Notes under the pieces: model-generated
Database searches by the model: none
What the model saw: the letters and a program-made list of their open reading frames with translations, nothing else
What the model was told of the DNA's origin: nothing
NCBI GenBank assembly: GCA_013265495.1
Contig: MU060807.1
Span: 2,350,921-2,414,920 of the forward strand
Length of the DNA: 64,000 nucleotides
Direction of reading: 5' to 3'
DNA from: Vicugna vicugna
Taxonomy: Eukaryota
Shown: piece after piece, positions 1 through 35,795 of the stretch
How the letters are laid out: each line of letters starts with the position of its first letter
Numbering within the stretch: position 1 is the stretch's first letter
Program-made: the position numbers and the translations under genes

Positions 1-237
1 TGCTGGCTCCAGCTCTTTGGTTACAAACGGGCTTGGGTCTGGGGCAGGAGAGCAGTCAGAAGGGCCTTCCAGGACCTCTGCCCACTTCATGCCTCCCAGA
101 GGACACGTACCCCTGCTCTGTGGCCAGAGGCACCAGCCCTGCAATCAGCATGTGGGTGGGCTGGGCCACCGGGGGCCCAAGGATGGTGTAGCTGAGGCAG
201 TGCCAAGGAGAGAAGGGGGGCGGCAGGGACGGGGAGC
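1..237 (-). other. ITGB4: ITGB4 3' UTR (cut by window edge)
   Basis: Follows TGA at 238-240; no AATAAA seen on the minus strand in 1-237, so the poly(A) signal is probably outside the window. Confidence 0.85.
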
Positions 238-23786
<23,549 letters not shown>

Positions 23787-24504
23787 CCTCTTCCTCCTGT
23801 ATAACAGCAACAATTGACATATGACATCTGACAGCCCTGCTCAGAGCATCAGCTCATTGGGTCCCTGTCAGAGCTCCACCACTCCCATTGCACAGGTGTG
23901 GAAACTGAGGATCTGAGAACTTCAGTGATGTTCCAAGGCCACTCAGCCTGTGAGTGGCAGGGCCCAGGGCTCCTGACTCCTCTTTTCCACTCCCTCTTCC
24001 CTGGAATTCCCTGGAGTGGCCAGATGCCCTGCAGGCAGGCACCCTGCCCAGGGAGGCTGCCATCCTCTCCTACTGAAGACTCTGGGCTCTGAGCTCATTC
24101 CAGTGCCAGGTCTCTGTGCTGACCTCCCTGAGGGCAGAACAGGGCTTATTCCGCCCTTGCCTTTCAGACCCTGGTGGTCTGGGTCGGGCTCAGCAGGCAT
24201 AGGACCACCCTAGGAGGCTCCGACTCTACCTTCCCCTTCTTGCCCTACTGTGTCCTGGCCCACTTGCCCCTTGGTTAGGGGTACAGCCAGGAGGAGGGGG
24301 CCCCTCCCAATCTCTGGAGCCTGGGGAGGGGGGAGGCTGCTTGCTGCACTCAGCTAAGTTCTGCGATGGCTGCCTGGCCCATCAGAGGAGGGGTCCCTGG
24401 CCTTACCCCACACCTCTTCCTGCCCCAGAGTTGAGTTTTCAGGGCCCCTGAGCAGACTACCCTTCCTAAAGTTAGCCCTGAGCTAGATTACAGGCCCCTC
24501 CTGC

Positions 24505-24529
24505 CACACACACACACACACACACACAC
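24505..24529. repeat. (CA)12 microsatellite, ITGB4 intron 1
   Basis: Read directly from the sequence. Confidence 0.95.
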
Positions 24530-26509
24530 TGTGCCAGTCATCCCAGGAGACCCATCTGCCTTTGGTTCACTATTAAACCATCTCAACTCAACTCATTAGT
24601 GACCTTTGGGTCAGGCACCGGCATCCCTGAGGCCCTGTAAAAGATGGGCAGCCTGCTGAAGAGACGGGGCTGGCCAGAGCAGCAGGCCTGTCAGGGAAAG
24701 GGTTAGGACCCTGGCTTCTTTCTCTACGGCCAGTCCCCCAGTGGCCCAAAACTACACTGTGCCCACTGGCCCTCCGTCCTTGGATCCTTGCTCAGTCCTT
24801 GGCTTGTGGGGCATGGACAGCCCCAGGGTCTAGGAGGCTGAGGCCCTCATACTGCTGGGGAGACCCACGGGGGCTGCATGAAGGCATTACCTCCCTCCCT
24901 CCAAGGCAGGCGGCCCCCAAGAGCCACAAGCAGCTTCAACACATCCAGAGGCACAGCCAGCTGGGGAGGGGCCAGCCTCTAAGAGGGGCCTGGGGTAAGG
25001 GAGCCCTGAGCCAGTCGAGGAGGGACTTCTTGGGGAAAATGACTTTCCTGCAGCCTTGGGGCATAGGCACCACACCCACACACTACACAATACAGACTGC
25101 AATCTCAGGCTTCCCTGGGGCACCATTACACATGCAGGTACAGGCACTGCAGGGCCGAGCCCAGCTCTTACTCACCCTCCATGCCCACAGGCTGGGCACA
25201 CAGTGGGCACAGGCCCAGCACTCCATGTACACAATTGCTTTTTAATCTGGACAGGAAGCCAAGAGGAGGATGACCGACTTACCCCCACTTTCCAGATGAG
25301 ACCCGGGCAGTCCAGAAACCTCCCCCCACATTTAACCTTTGCATTATACTCAGAGGCTATAAAATGGCAGTGACGGGGCTAGTCGGTTATGAATTCGGGG
25401 GTGTTTTCTTTAACGCAACTTGTGTTTTAAAAGTTTTACAAGTAGTTGTTGATGTTAAAAACAAGAAGATTTCACATGACAGGACTGTGGGCTTATTGGA
25501 AGATGTGGCCAGGATAGGCTGGGCAGAGCCCTGGAGACACGTTCTCTCTAGGCCATTCTGGGTCCCCCCAGGCTGCGGGGCCTTTTTAGGTACCAGCTCG
25601 GTCCCGGAAGTATGTGACTGCCACTGAATGTTGTCACATAGCAGCACACCCAGGCCTTCCAGGCACAGCGGACACATTTTGTGACCCACATGAATTTAGG
25701 CTCAGAGCTCTCCCCATATCCACCCTCCCTCCCACCCCATGGGACCCCAGCTTAGCACATCCACTCCTGCCCTCCACAGCTCTCTCCCCTCCTGCTTTCC
25801 CATCTCCTGGCTCCTCTGCTGCCATATCACCCAAAGAAATCAAAGCCAAGAAGACAGGCACCCCTTCCCCGCTGTCTCTACTGCCCTCCTCTCCCTCCTC
25901 TGTCCCCAGCATATAGATTCTCAGACTTCACTTCCAGCTCTGCCCGATGGGGCAACAACCATGTCCATCCTCGGGCTCAGGGTGTGGCAAGGCCATGAGG
26001 AGGGGGTGGAGTCCAGCCGCTGCCGTCCGGAGCAATCTAGAGCCCTCTCCCTCCCTCCCCCCACCTCCCTTTGGGAGAGGGCAGGCGTCTGCCTGCCCAA
26101 GAGAAGTGGAGAGTCAGGGACTCCCCAGACCCCAGATGAGCTGTGTCACCATAGTTAAACAGGGAGGGCCTCTGCCTCTAGGTGGCTGCTCCCCCCACTT
26201 TCTTTGTGAATCCCAGAGGGGCCCGCCCAGTAGGCCTGCCAGCCACCCCCAGGCCTCTGCCCACTTCTCCCACACTCACCCAATGCCCAGGCCTCCGTCC
26301 CGGCTGCCCTCCTCCAGCCCAGAGGTCTGAAAGCCAAGAGCCTTCTCCAGCTCTGCCTGTCCCTTTGCCTCCAGCGGTCCCCTGGACACACCCTGGCAGG
26401 CTGGGCACCTGCCCTGGGCAGCAGGGGTAGAGGGGCCGGGCGGTCAGCCTTCAGGGAGGGAAGAGGGAGGGGAGGAAACAAAAGCCAACTGGCCCATCAA
26501 TCAGCTCAC

Positions 26510-26790
26510 CTGCGCAGCTACCCAGGCTGGGATGCGCACTTTCTTCTTCCCTCGGAGGTCCCAGAATGGGCGCCAAGCTCTGGCCGCCCGGGGCACTGGA
26601 AGGACGGCGGGGTGCGGCCGGCGACCCCCCGACTGCCCTCCCGCGTCCTGCCAGCCGCGCTCCGAGGTTGGACCTACCCTGGCGCAGACTCGCGCCCTCC
26701 CCGCGCTGGGCTCCGCTCGGCGGCTCGGGCTGCAGCGCGCGGGCGAGCCGGGGCCGTCCGGAGGGCGGGCTGCAGGGAGGGAGGGAGGGC
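26510..26790 (-). other. ITGB4: ITGB4 non-coding exon 1 (approximate ends)
   Basis: GC-rich stretch resembling the recalled human ITGB4 5' UTR; candidate donors AGG|gtaggt (exon end 26678) and CAG|gtgagc (exon end 26510); TSS inferred about 30 nt below a CATAAA box. Confidence 0.6.
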
Positions 26791-27330
26791 GGGCGGCGGC
26801 GGGGAGGGGACCGCTTTATGGGGCGGGCGGCAGGTAGCAAGGAGGCGCTGGTGAGTCAGGCCCGCCGCATTCCTGCGCGCGGCGCGCACCTGTCGGGGCA
26901 GGAGTTGAGCGCCGCGGCCGCCAGGCCCGCCCCCCGGAAAAGGCTCCGGCTCCCGCGGCGCCCGGCCCCGCGCCCCGACACACGGCGGCCGGGCCAGGGG
27001 AGGAGCCACCCCCCTCGCTCGCGTCCAGCCCCGGGAGCGGCGCCTCCCGCGCCACTTCCCTCAGGCTCCAGACTCACTCGGGTGCCGGGGTGGCCTTTTA
27101 GGTCCCATCTTGGACCTCCGCCCTCTCTCCCCCGGTCCCTGGGCCGTGAGCCATTGCCACTGCCTTCGGGAGCCATCTAGGGCCCCTGACCGACCACCGG
27201 ACGGCAATGAGTGAGCGTACCGCCTCCCTCCTTCCTGCGCCTGCGTGAGCCCAGTGCTTGCCCCCAGCCAGGTCGGCCTTCACTGGGTCTTCCCGGCCTC
27301 TCCCACCGCCCAACGCACGCACGTGTGTCC
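26540..27330 (-). promoter_or_regulatory. ITGB4 CpG-island promoter
   Basis: Dense CpG and GC boxes; CATAAA 26815-26820 (-); AP-1 TGAGTCA 26852-26858; CATTCCT 26868-26874; E-box CACCTG 26887-26892; Ets-like CCGGAA 26934-26939 and CACTTCC 27053-27059. Confidence 0.85.
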
Positions 27331-27599
27331 AGAGGGAGATCTGAGCAAGGACTGGTTCCTTGAGACGGTTTTCAGGCAAGCTACTTAAACCTCATTAAAG
27401 TGTAAATAATACCCATCAAGAGGCAGCACCCACCTGATTGGAGGAGGCACTTGAGTTGTTACAGCTGTTCTTGACAAGCTGGTTCACAAATCTGACCCCT
27501 CCAATCCTTTCTCAAGTGCTACTGGTTAAGTGCGTTCAAGCCGGACCCTCTCAATTTGCTCCATGACCTCATCTTGGTCTGTTTCTTGGGCCCCATCTG

Positions 27600-28015
27600 C
27601 CTACCATGCTGGGCAAAACCCGATTGCTGGCAGCTTCCTCGCCCAAACCAAGCAGCTTCAAGACAGCATGCTTTTGCACCTGGTTGTTTTGCACCAGGCT
27701 GTTCCCTCTGCTTGGGATCCTCCCACCCCCACTCCAGCCTGGTTTATCCTCCCTATCCTTGAAGGCATTGTGTTGATGTGGCATGCTCCAGGGAGTCTCC
27801 TTGACCTCCCTGCACCCTGGACTGGGTTATGTATTCCCCTGGGGCATGGTTTTCTCATGTCATTTGCCACACTGGTTTGAAATAATCTGTTTAGGCGTCT
27901 CTCTTCCCCAGTGGACTGTGAACCCAGAGGACAGACATGCTGTAGCTCATCTTTTTATCCCTAGTACAGTGCCTGGCACATAGCAGGTGCTCAGTAAATG
28001 TGTGGTGGACCCAAA
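27600..28015 (+). mobile_element. L2 3' end
   Basis: ...CAGTGCCTGGCACATAGCAGGTGCTCAGTAAATG L2 terminus. Confidence 0.7.
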
Positions 28016-28467
28016 TGGGATTGTCACATCGCCTCCCTGAGCCTCAGTGCTCTCACATGTAAATAGACTTGTGCATTAACAGCTCTCAGAGTGACTGTGA
28101 GAGCAGCTGGGACAGGATGTGGAAGAGCTGTGACACCCAGTACTCACTGCAACTGTGTGAGCCCCAGTCACCACTTGGCCACCTTGCTCAGTCATCTGAA
28201 ATCTCTGCACAGGCCAGGGGCTCAGAGAGACTGTCTGCTGGACTTGGGAGCTCTGAGGCAGGAGCCCCAGTTTGGCTGAGGCACCCAAGGCAGAGTGTGC
28301 CTGGCCAGGACAAGTGCCGTGTGGACCTGAGCTACACCAGCAGATGCCCAGTCCACCCCAGGAAATGGGAGTTCAGGGGGCAGCCCACTGCACCATCCAT
28401 TAGAGGAGGGGACAATATGCACCCCACTGGAGGTGGGGGGCTCACACACCCTTCTAGAGAAGGAGAC

Positions 28468-28809
28468 CCCACCTCACACCAGTCAGAATGGCCATCATTA
28501 AGTTCACAATGATAAATGCTGGAGAGGGTGTGGAGAAAAGGGAGCCTTCCTACACTGCTGGTGGGAATCTAGTTTGGAACAGCCATTATGAAAAACAATA
28601 TAAAGATTCCACAAAAAACTAAAAATAGACTTACCCTATGATCCAGCAATCCCACTCCTAGGTAAATATTCCTGGAGAACTCTACTACAAAAAGATACAT
28701 GCACCCCAATGTTCATAGCAACACTATTTACAATAGTCAAGACATGGAAGCAACCTAAATGTTCATCGACAGATGATTGATTGCATAAAGAAGATGTGGT
28801 ATGTGTATG

Positions 28810-28858
<49 letters not shown>

Positions 28859-29315
28859 GAATACTACTGAGTCATAAATAAAGAATGAAATAATGCCATT
28901 TACAGCAACATAGACGAACCTAGAGATTATCATACTAAGTGAAGTAAATCAGACAAAGACAGATTCATATAATATCACTTACATGTGGAGTCTAAAAAAG
29001 AGGTTCAAATCTTATTTACAAACCAAAAATAGGCTCACGAACATAGATAGAAAACAAACTATAGTTACCAAAGGGGAAAGGTTGGGGGAGAGATAAATTA
29101 GGAGTTTGGGATTAACAGATACACACTATTATATATAAAATAGATAAACAACAAGGATCTACTGTATAACACAGGGAACTATATTCAATTTCTTACAATA
29201 ATATATAATGAAAGAAAAGCTGAAAAAATACATATATATGTATAATTGAATTGCTTTGCTGTACACCTGAAACTAACATTGTAGATCAACTACACTTCAA
29301 TAAAAATAAAAATTT
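28468..29315 (+). mobile_element. L1 3' end (ORF2 C-terminus plus 3' UTR) with internal (AC)22 at 28813-28856
   Basis: CACACCAGTCAGAATGGCCATC, GATCCAGCAATCCCACT, CCCAATGTTCATAGC, terminal AATAAA and A-tail. Confidence 0.9.
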
Positions 29316-29384
29316 AAAGAAGAATAGGTTATGTAACACTCAGCTAATGAAATGCTTTCATATTTTCTTAAAAAAATTGGCGGT

Positions 29385-29480
29385 GGGGTGTAGGTATTGA
29401 TCAGTGGTAGAGCTCATGCTTAGCATGCAGGAGGTCCTGGGTTCAATCCCTAGTACCTCTATTAAAAAAAAATAATAAAT
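29385..29480 (+). mobile_element. tRNA-Ala-derived SINE
   Basis: CAGTGGTAGAGC...CTTAGCATG...GGTTCAATCC...poly(A). Confidence 0.85.
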
Positions 29481-29489
29481 TGAAAGAAG

Positions 29490-30380
29490 AGTACAAAGAT
29501 CACCTGCATTTTTTACCGCCTAGACCCAAGTTAACTTTTTGCCGTATTTGCTTTATTTATGTTTTTGTTATGTATTTACATATTTTTTTAATTCAAGTTA
29601 AAGTTATCATGACATTTCATCCTGTAACATCTCCGAAGAACAGTCCCCCACGTAACCACAATGACTTCATCACACCTAATAAAATGAATGAGAATGCCCT
29701 AATATCCACCATTCTGTCCATATTAAAATTTTAGTTGTCCCAAAATGTCTGTTATAATTATTCCCTTTTGAATTTGGGTTTAATCCACATCTAATCTGCT
29801 ACATGGATTGTTTTATCTTTCTTATCCCCAAAACATTCTCCCCTGCAAAAAAAACATTGACCTTTAAAGAGACAGGCCAGTTGACCTGCAGGATATCCCA
29901 CTGTCTGGATTTGTCTGATTACTTCCTCATGGTATCATGAGACTTGATTTTTTAGCCTCCTATAAACTGGAAGTTGGGTCTGAAAGTCTGATTAGATTCA
30001 GTTTAGACGTTTTTGGCAAGGATGTTCATAGGTGGTGCTGCATGTTTTATTGGGTGAACGTGATGTCAGATGCCCCACTAATAGTGATAATTGAGGAAGT
30101 GACCACCATCTCTCTCCATTGTAAAAATAGGTTTTCACTTTATGATTAAGAAGTAATCTAGAGAGGGTGATGGTGTTTTGTCACCCTGCCTGTTTCCCAA
30201 CAAACTTTCACAGGTTGGTTTTATCATCCATTGTTGAACCTTGTTTGAATCAATTATTCTTTGGGGATTGAAGAATAGTGATTTTCCATTTTTATATTTA
30301 ACAAACGATATCCTTCTGATTAAAAAAAAATTTCCCTTCATCAACTAGGGATGAAATACATGCCTCCAAAATACAGAGTA
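29490..30380. mobile_element. Old L1M 3' fragments (AT-rich)
   Basis: Degenerate L1MC/ME-like motifs; boundaries approximate. Confidence 0.45.
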
Positions 30381-30451
30381 AATGCTTTTTTTCTGTTTGA
30401 GTTACAGAACTTTAAAAAATTACTTCTATTATTACAAAGCAACCCAAAAGA

Positions 30452-30645
30452 TTTTTTTTAATTCTTATTTTTTATTGAAGTGTAGTCGATTTATAATGTT
30501 TGTTTCAGGTGTACAGCAAAGTGATTCAGTTATACATATACATGGATGCATATGTATTTTCTCAGTTTCTTTTCCATTACAGCTCATTATAAGAAATTGA
30601 ATATAGTTCCCTGTGCTATACAGTAGGTCCTTGTTGTTTATCTAC
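30452..30645 (-). mobile_element. L1 3' UTR terminus
   Basis: Reverse-complement similarity to 29130-29305 (TTTATTGAAGTGTAG...TTCCCTGTGCTATACAGTAGG). Confidence 0.85.
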
Positions 30646-30700
30646 AAAAGATTCTTTTTAGAATTGTGGTAAAAACTAAAAATTACCATCGAACTCATTT

Positions 30701-30842
30701 NNNNNNNNNNNNNNNNNNNNNNNNNNNNNNNNNNNNNNNNNNNNNNNNNNNNNNNNNNNNNNNNNNNNNNNNNNNNNNNNNNNNNNNNNNNNNNNNNNNN
30801 NNNNNNNNNNNNNNNNNNNNNNNNNNNNNNNNNNNNNNNNNN
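30701..30842. other. Assembly gap (142 N)
   Basis: N run. Confidence 1.
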
Positions 30843-31260
30843 ATTCTATTTTCTGTCTCAACGAATTTTACAGCGGAGTCATACAGTATGTCTTTTTGTG
30901 ATTGGCTTATTGCTCTTAGCTCAATGCCCCTTAAGGTTTGTCTACGTTGTACACATGGCAGGATTTCTTTTCTTTTTAAGGCTGAATAAAGTTTCATTGT
31001 ACATATAGACCACATTTTGGTTATCCATTCATCTGTCGATGGGCATTGGGTAGCTTCCTCCTCTTGGTTATTGTAAGTAATGCTGCTATGAACTCGGGTG
31101 TTTGACAATATCTTCAACACCCTGATTTCAATTTTATTGGATATAAATGCAAAATGGGATTGATGGATCACGTGGTAGTCTTATATTTAATTTTTTTGAG
31201 ACCCACCATACTGTTTTCCATAGCAATTACATCATTTTATAATCCCATCAACAGTGTACA
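30843..31260 (-). mobile_element. L1MA/MB-type 3' fragment
   Basis: TATCCATTCATCTGTCGATGGGCATT, CATACTGTTTTCCATAGC. Confidence 0.8.
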
Positions 31261-31395
31261 GGAGTTAATTCTTTTAACTATGAATTTCAGAGTAAAGAGT
31301 TGATATATTCAGCTCTAATGGTGGCAAATTCATTTTTTCCCTCCTTTTTTCAAATACTGTGCATGATAGATTTTCACTTATTCAAAGATAATAAT

Positions 31396-32279
31396 TGTGA
31401 TGTTGTGATATAATAAGAAATATATATATACATATATAAAAGAAATACATATTTGGCCTTTGTCCATGGTTCTTCGAACAGCTCCAGAGCAGTAAAGGTG
31501 AAAGGAGAGTCTTTGTTATTCATAACAAGCCCCTTTCAACCACACCAGTTTATGTTAATGAAAAGACTTTTTGGAAGGCCACTGAGGTTGGGGGCACTGG
31601 TTGTCAGGGGAACCAGTCACGTGATTGGAGAGCTGGAACTTTCAGCCTCAACACTCCTCCACCCCCACATCACCCCCACCAACCTCCAGAGAAGGGGGAT
31701 GGGCTAGAGATTGAGTTCCAGCACCAATGGCCAGTGATTTAAGAATCATGCCTGGTAACGAAGCCGACATAAAAATCTTAACCAAAGTGGGCTCAGATTC
31801 CTTCCGGATTGCTGAATGCATGGAGTGCTGGGAGGGTGCATGCCCAGAGAGAGCTCGGGAGCCCTGCACCCCTTATCCCATCCTGTGCCCTGTGCAGCTC
31901 TTCCTTCTGGCTGTTCCTGAGTTGTATCCCTTTATAATAAACCAGTAATCTTGTAAGCAAACTGTTTTCCTGAGTTCTGTGAACCATGCTAGCCAATTAT
32001 TGAGCCCAAGGAGGGGTCATTGGAACCCCAATTTATGGCCAGTTGATTAGAAGTAGGGAAGGCCCGGACTCGCAGCTGGCCTCTGGGTAGGGGGCAGTCT
32101 TGTGGGACTAAAGCCCTTCACCTGTGGTGTCTGTGCTAACTGCCGTCTGTGCTAACTGCTAACGTAGGCAGTTGGTGTCAGAAGTTCTTCGTGTGGGAAG
32201 CACACACATTCGCTGTCAGAAACGTTTTATGAGTGTCGTGAGTTGCAGTGACCAGGAAGCAGTATTTTCCTTTTTCACA
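31396..32279 (+). mobile_element. MER21-type solo LTR
   Basis: TG...CA termini; starts TGTGATGTTGTGATATAATAAGAAATATATAT as in recalled MER21B/C; AATAAA 31936-31941; 5-bp flanks ATAAT/GTAAT. Confidence 0.8.
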
Positions 32280-32949
32280 GTAATTGGCCAGCGGGAGATC
32301 CTTTCAGGCTGGCTCCTTTGACCTTTGCAACACTTGTGGTAGGTGGTAGTCCTCAATGCTTTCTGGAACAAACTGGCCCAGTCCCACTCCGATTTCTGGA
32401 TCAGCTGTGTCTCTCCGGAGAACCCTGGTTCCTTTTGCTGGGAATGGTACTGGGGATGGAGATCTGGGCGCTACGTGTGCTCATTGCTACTGGGAGCCAT
32501 TGCTTCCGGGTCCTTCCAAAGCATATAGCTAGGACTTTTTTTTAAATCGTGAGTTCATATTGATATTTCCAATTCAAATTTAACATGAAAGATCTTTCTT
32601 AATTTTATTTTATGCTCGTATATCTTTCCTTTATTATTTTTTGTTTTGCTTCCTCCCTTTTTTACACAAAAGCGTAGTCTATGCAACTTGCCTTTTTCAT
32701 TTTATCTCCCCTGAAGATCACTCCAAATCTGTCCACAGAGGTCTTCCTCATTCCTTTTTATGACTCAACGGCCCTTTACATTTTTATGACAGAGATTTTA
32801 AACATATATAAAATTAGAGTACCCATCACTGAGCCTTCACGACTGCCAGCATGTGCACATCAGCGTACAGTGGGATGCCGTGAGGTTAGCACGAGGATTG
32901 GGAGTCTCCAGTCTAATGACCATGAGGGCGGGGGCCACGTCCCCTCCAT

Positions 32950-33750
32950 CCTCCCTATCACCTGGGCACTCACCTCATGCCAGGCGCTTGGGACACAGTG
33001 TTGTTGGTGCCCTTTCCTCTCATAAGAACCGGGAGACAAGCACAGTCTCACTCAGCCCACCTACGCGTGGACAGAGGTTGCAAGGCAGTAGTGTTATCAG
33101 AGATGCAAGAGAGTGGGAGCACTGAGAAAGGAGCAACTAATGCCCAGGGGAGTCGGGAAGGGATTAAGAAAATCTGAGCTGCATCTTGAAGGTATCAGTG
33201 TGCCTGGAGGTGGGGAGTGATAAAAGAGCAAAGGTGAGAAAATGGATGGGAGTGAAGAAGCATAGGGGGCGTGGGCGGGGACAGCGGCAGGAGTGGGAGG
33301 CTGAGAGGTGATGAAGATGCTGGCAGCCTTGCATGGCAGGCTGAGGTCGACTCTCCTGTGGACAGCGGGATACCACATAATGTGGCAAGAGCTGGGTGTA
33401 GGAAGATGCCAGCCCGATTGGAGCTTGGATGGGAGTGGGAGACTGAGAAAGCCAGCAGATGAGGCCAGAGCCATCTGTGAACTGAGTAGTAGTAACAGCG
33501 ACAGGGGAGGGGTTTCTGAAGTGACCTGTCAGATGTGGGGGAGAGCACAGGGTTCCAGGTACGCAGCTGTGGGCCCTGGACAATCACGATGTCATCATTC
33601 AAGACTAGGACCACGGGAAGGGGTAAGTGGTGTGTGGGTGGGTGGGAGTAGAGTTCAGCTTGGACAGCCTGTTTGTGAGCAGAGACAAAGCATTTTGGGT
33701 CCTAGTGCCTGGGACATGCAGTCTCCACAGAGAGAAGCAGATAACCCGCC
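32950..33750 (-). mobile_element. Degraded L2 fragment
   Basis: Purine-rich L2-like motifs (GAGCTGCATCTTGAAGG, AGAGTTCAGCTTGGACA). Confidence 0.5.
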
Positions 33751-34177
33751 CCTGTGGCACCCCCAGTGGGACTAAGGTGGGCAGGCACTAGTCCCATTTT
33801 ACAGGACAGTAAACTAAAATTCAAGGGGATTAAAGCCCTTCACCCCCCTCATAAGGAGTGGAACAGCTCGGCCCACTGGAAGCTGCCCAAGTCACAGGTC
33901 GTGTTCATTCCCCAGGGCCCTGCAGCTGCGGCCCCGCAGTGGGAGGAGCCATTCCAATAGCTGCCCAACTGGACAGCTCAACGGTGCGGCTGGAGGCTGC
34001 CTGCAGGACAGGACAGTAAAAGGCCATGACCCTGGCCAGTTTTATCATCCCCAGTTTGCTTCTATCTTGGTCTAAAACAGGAAGGAATTGGATTGGGCAA
34101 CAAGCTCCGGTACTTTATGGTTTAGAAAACTTTCACATACATCGTCTCACTGATTCCTCACAAACACCTCAAGAAGC

Positions 34178-34183
34178 TTTATT
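34178..34183 (-). terminator. SAP30BP distal poly(A) signal AATAAA
   Basis: tttatt on +; GU/U-rich sequence follows on the minus strand. Confidence 0.65.
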
Positions 34184-34223
34184 ACCATGATTTGACAGGA
34201 GGCTTACAGAGGTGAGGGCCCAA

Positions 34224-34224
<1 letters not shown>

Positions 34225-34256
<32 letters not shown>
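34225..34256. repeat. (AC)16 microsatellite in the SAP30BP 3' UTR
   Basis: Read directly from the sequence. Confidence 0.95.
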
Positions 34257-34260
<4 letters not shown>

Positions 34261-35349
34261 CTAAAACACAACTTGTTTTAAACGGGGACCCAGGGCAGAG
34301 GCGCTGACTCCGTCCCCACTGCCCGCCTTGGGCTCCGCGGCGCCCTAATGGAAGGAGAGGGGCCCCTGTTGGAGGCTGCTGGGCAGGAAGCCCCTTCAGA
34401 GATCATCTCGGGAATGAGGGGGCAGCGGCTCCTCTCCTCCAGGGGGCAGTCTCCTCAGAGGAGGGGAGGGGGGAACTGACCGCCTCTGGTGCCAAGTGTG
34501 TTTGGTGGGGAGGGGGAAGTGCGACCCGCTTGTTATTTTGGGGGCTGCAGGGTCTTCGCGCCCCTCTGGTCACACAACAGTATCAGGCGCCATCTCAGGA
34601 CATCTTTCTAACCCCCGCCACCCCAGGGAAGCAAGACGGCTCTTCACAGCCCGGCTTCCTTCTGTGACACGCAGCCCTTCCGCTGGACGGGAGAGCTGCC
34701 AGATTGCAGGAAAGGCAAACCAGTTCCCTCTGGACTCGGACTAGAGGGCTGGCAGGGGCTGGGAAATCTGTTTTGGCCCCAGAGCCCGGAGGCCAGTGGC
34801 GCTGCCCAGGGGCTGCTGCGGGGCAGAGATAACAGGCACAGGAAGGGCGGGGCAGGATCCTCCCAGGAGCCGGGTTTCACGTAAACAATGAGCGGCTGCC
34901 CTCTGGGCAGGAGGTGATTCAGTTCCCCCAACCCCCGGGGAGCCCACTGGCCATGCTCACCAGGCACCAACACCGTGACCCCTCCCTGCGAGGGTTGGGG
35001 ACCAACCCCGGCCCTTCTGGTAACTGGTGGACTTTGAAAGTCAGGGTGTGTCCAAGAAGTGGTCTGAGGAGGGCTCAACTGCCCCGAAGAAGGTAGAGGC
35101 CTCGGCTCCTGCCTGAGAACTGGCTGGCTTTCAGGCCCCTGGTAGCAGACAGTGGGAACGTGGGGTCTCCCCCACTCGGGCCACCCTCTCTGAGCAGTGC
35201 CACAGGCTTTGGTCACCTTGCTGTCAACCCTGAGGTGATAATTCCAACTGAGAAGATGGGGAGGACACTTGAGCTTTCACATTTGCCTGAAAACGGACAG
35301 TAGAAGAGGTCAGTGCATCTGAGATGCCGAGATGTGAGGACACAGTGCT

Positions 35350-35355
35350 TTTAAT
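35350..35355 (-). terminator. SAP30BP proximal poly(A) signal ATTAAA (candidate)
   Basis: tttaat on +, about 260 nt past the stop codon. Confidence 0.45.
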
Positions 35356-35613
35356 ACGGAGGCAGAGACCATGGGGTGTGAGTCGCGGTCCACAGTGCCT
35401 CACTCCTCCGCAGCAATGTCTCTTCCGGCTGGAATGCCACACGGGGACTCCTCACAGGGTGGCATCGAGGGAGCAGGTCCCAGTCCTGAAATATACAAAG
35501 CGACACCTCCCAGTGGGCACTGGTCACCAGGCTGCACAGTCCTGTCAAGGCCCAGAGTGGCTCCTCCCGACAGAAGGGAAAATGTCCGAGCCACCCCAAG
35601 CTGGTCCCTCAGG

Positions 35614-35795
35614 TCACTGCTTGGCCTTCTTCACAATGGTGCCAACGGCAGAGATAACGGTGGTCTTGGAGCCACTGGCACTGGTGGTCACTGTGACCAC
35701 AGCTGGCAGCGTCGCCGTGGTGGTGAGGATGGTGGGCTGGGCTATCGTGGTCACCGGGATAGCTGAGTCCCACTTGCTCTTTCTCTTCTGGGCAT
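35614..35795 (-). CDS. SAP30BP: SAP30BP exon 11 coding part (DAQKRKSKWDSAIP...KKAKQ*)
   Basis: ccag|AT acceptor; TGA 35614-35616; includes the RKSKWD ULM-like motif. Confidence 0.95.

Larger units (their letters stand above)
34155..35613 (-). other. SAP30BP: SAP30BP 3' UTR (about 1.45 kb to the distal site)
   Basis: Runs from the stop codon to the AATAAA at 34178-34183; end point approximate. Confidence 0.7.

Noticed and set aside
1-237. GALK1, the expected tail-to-tail neighbour of ITGB4
   Set aside because: No galactokinase-like peptide was seen; it should lie left of the window.
30666-31171. ORFs crossing N runs (also 59638-59947 and 62857-63351)
   Set aside because: Artefacts of assembly gaps.
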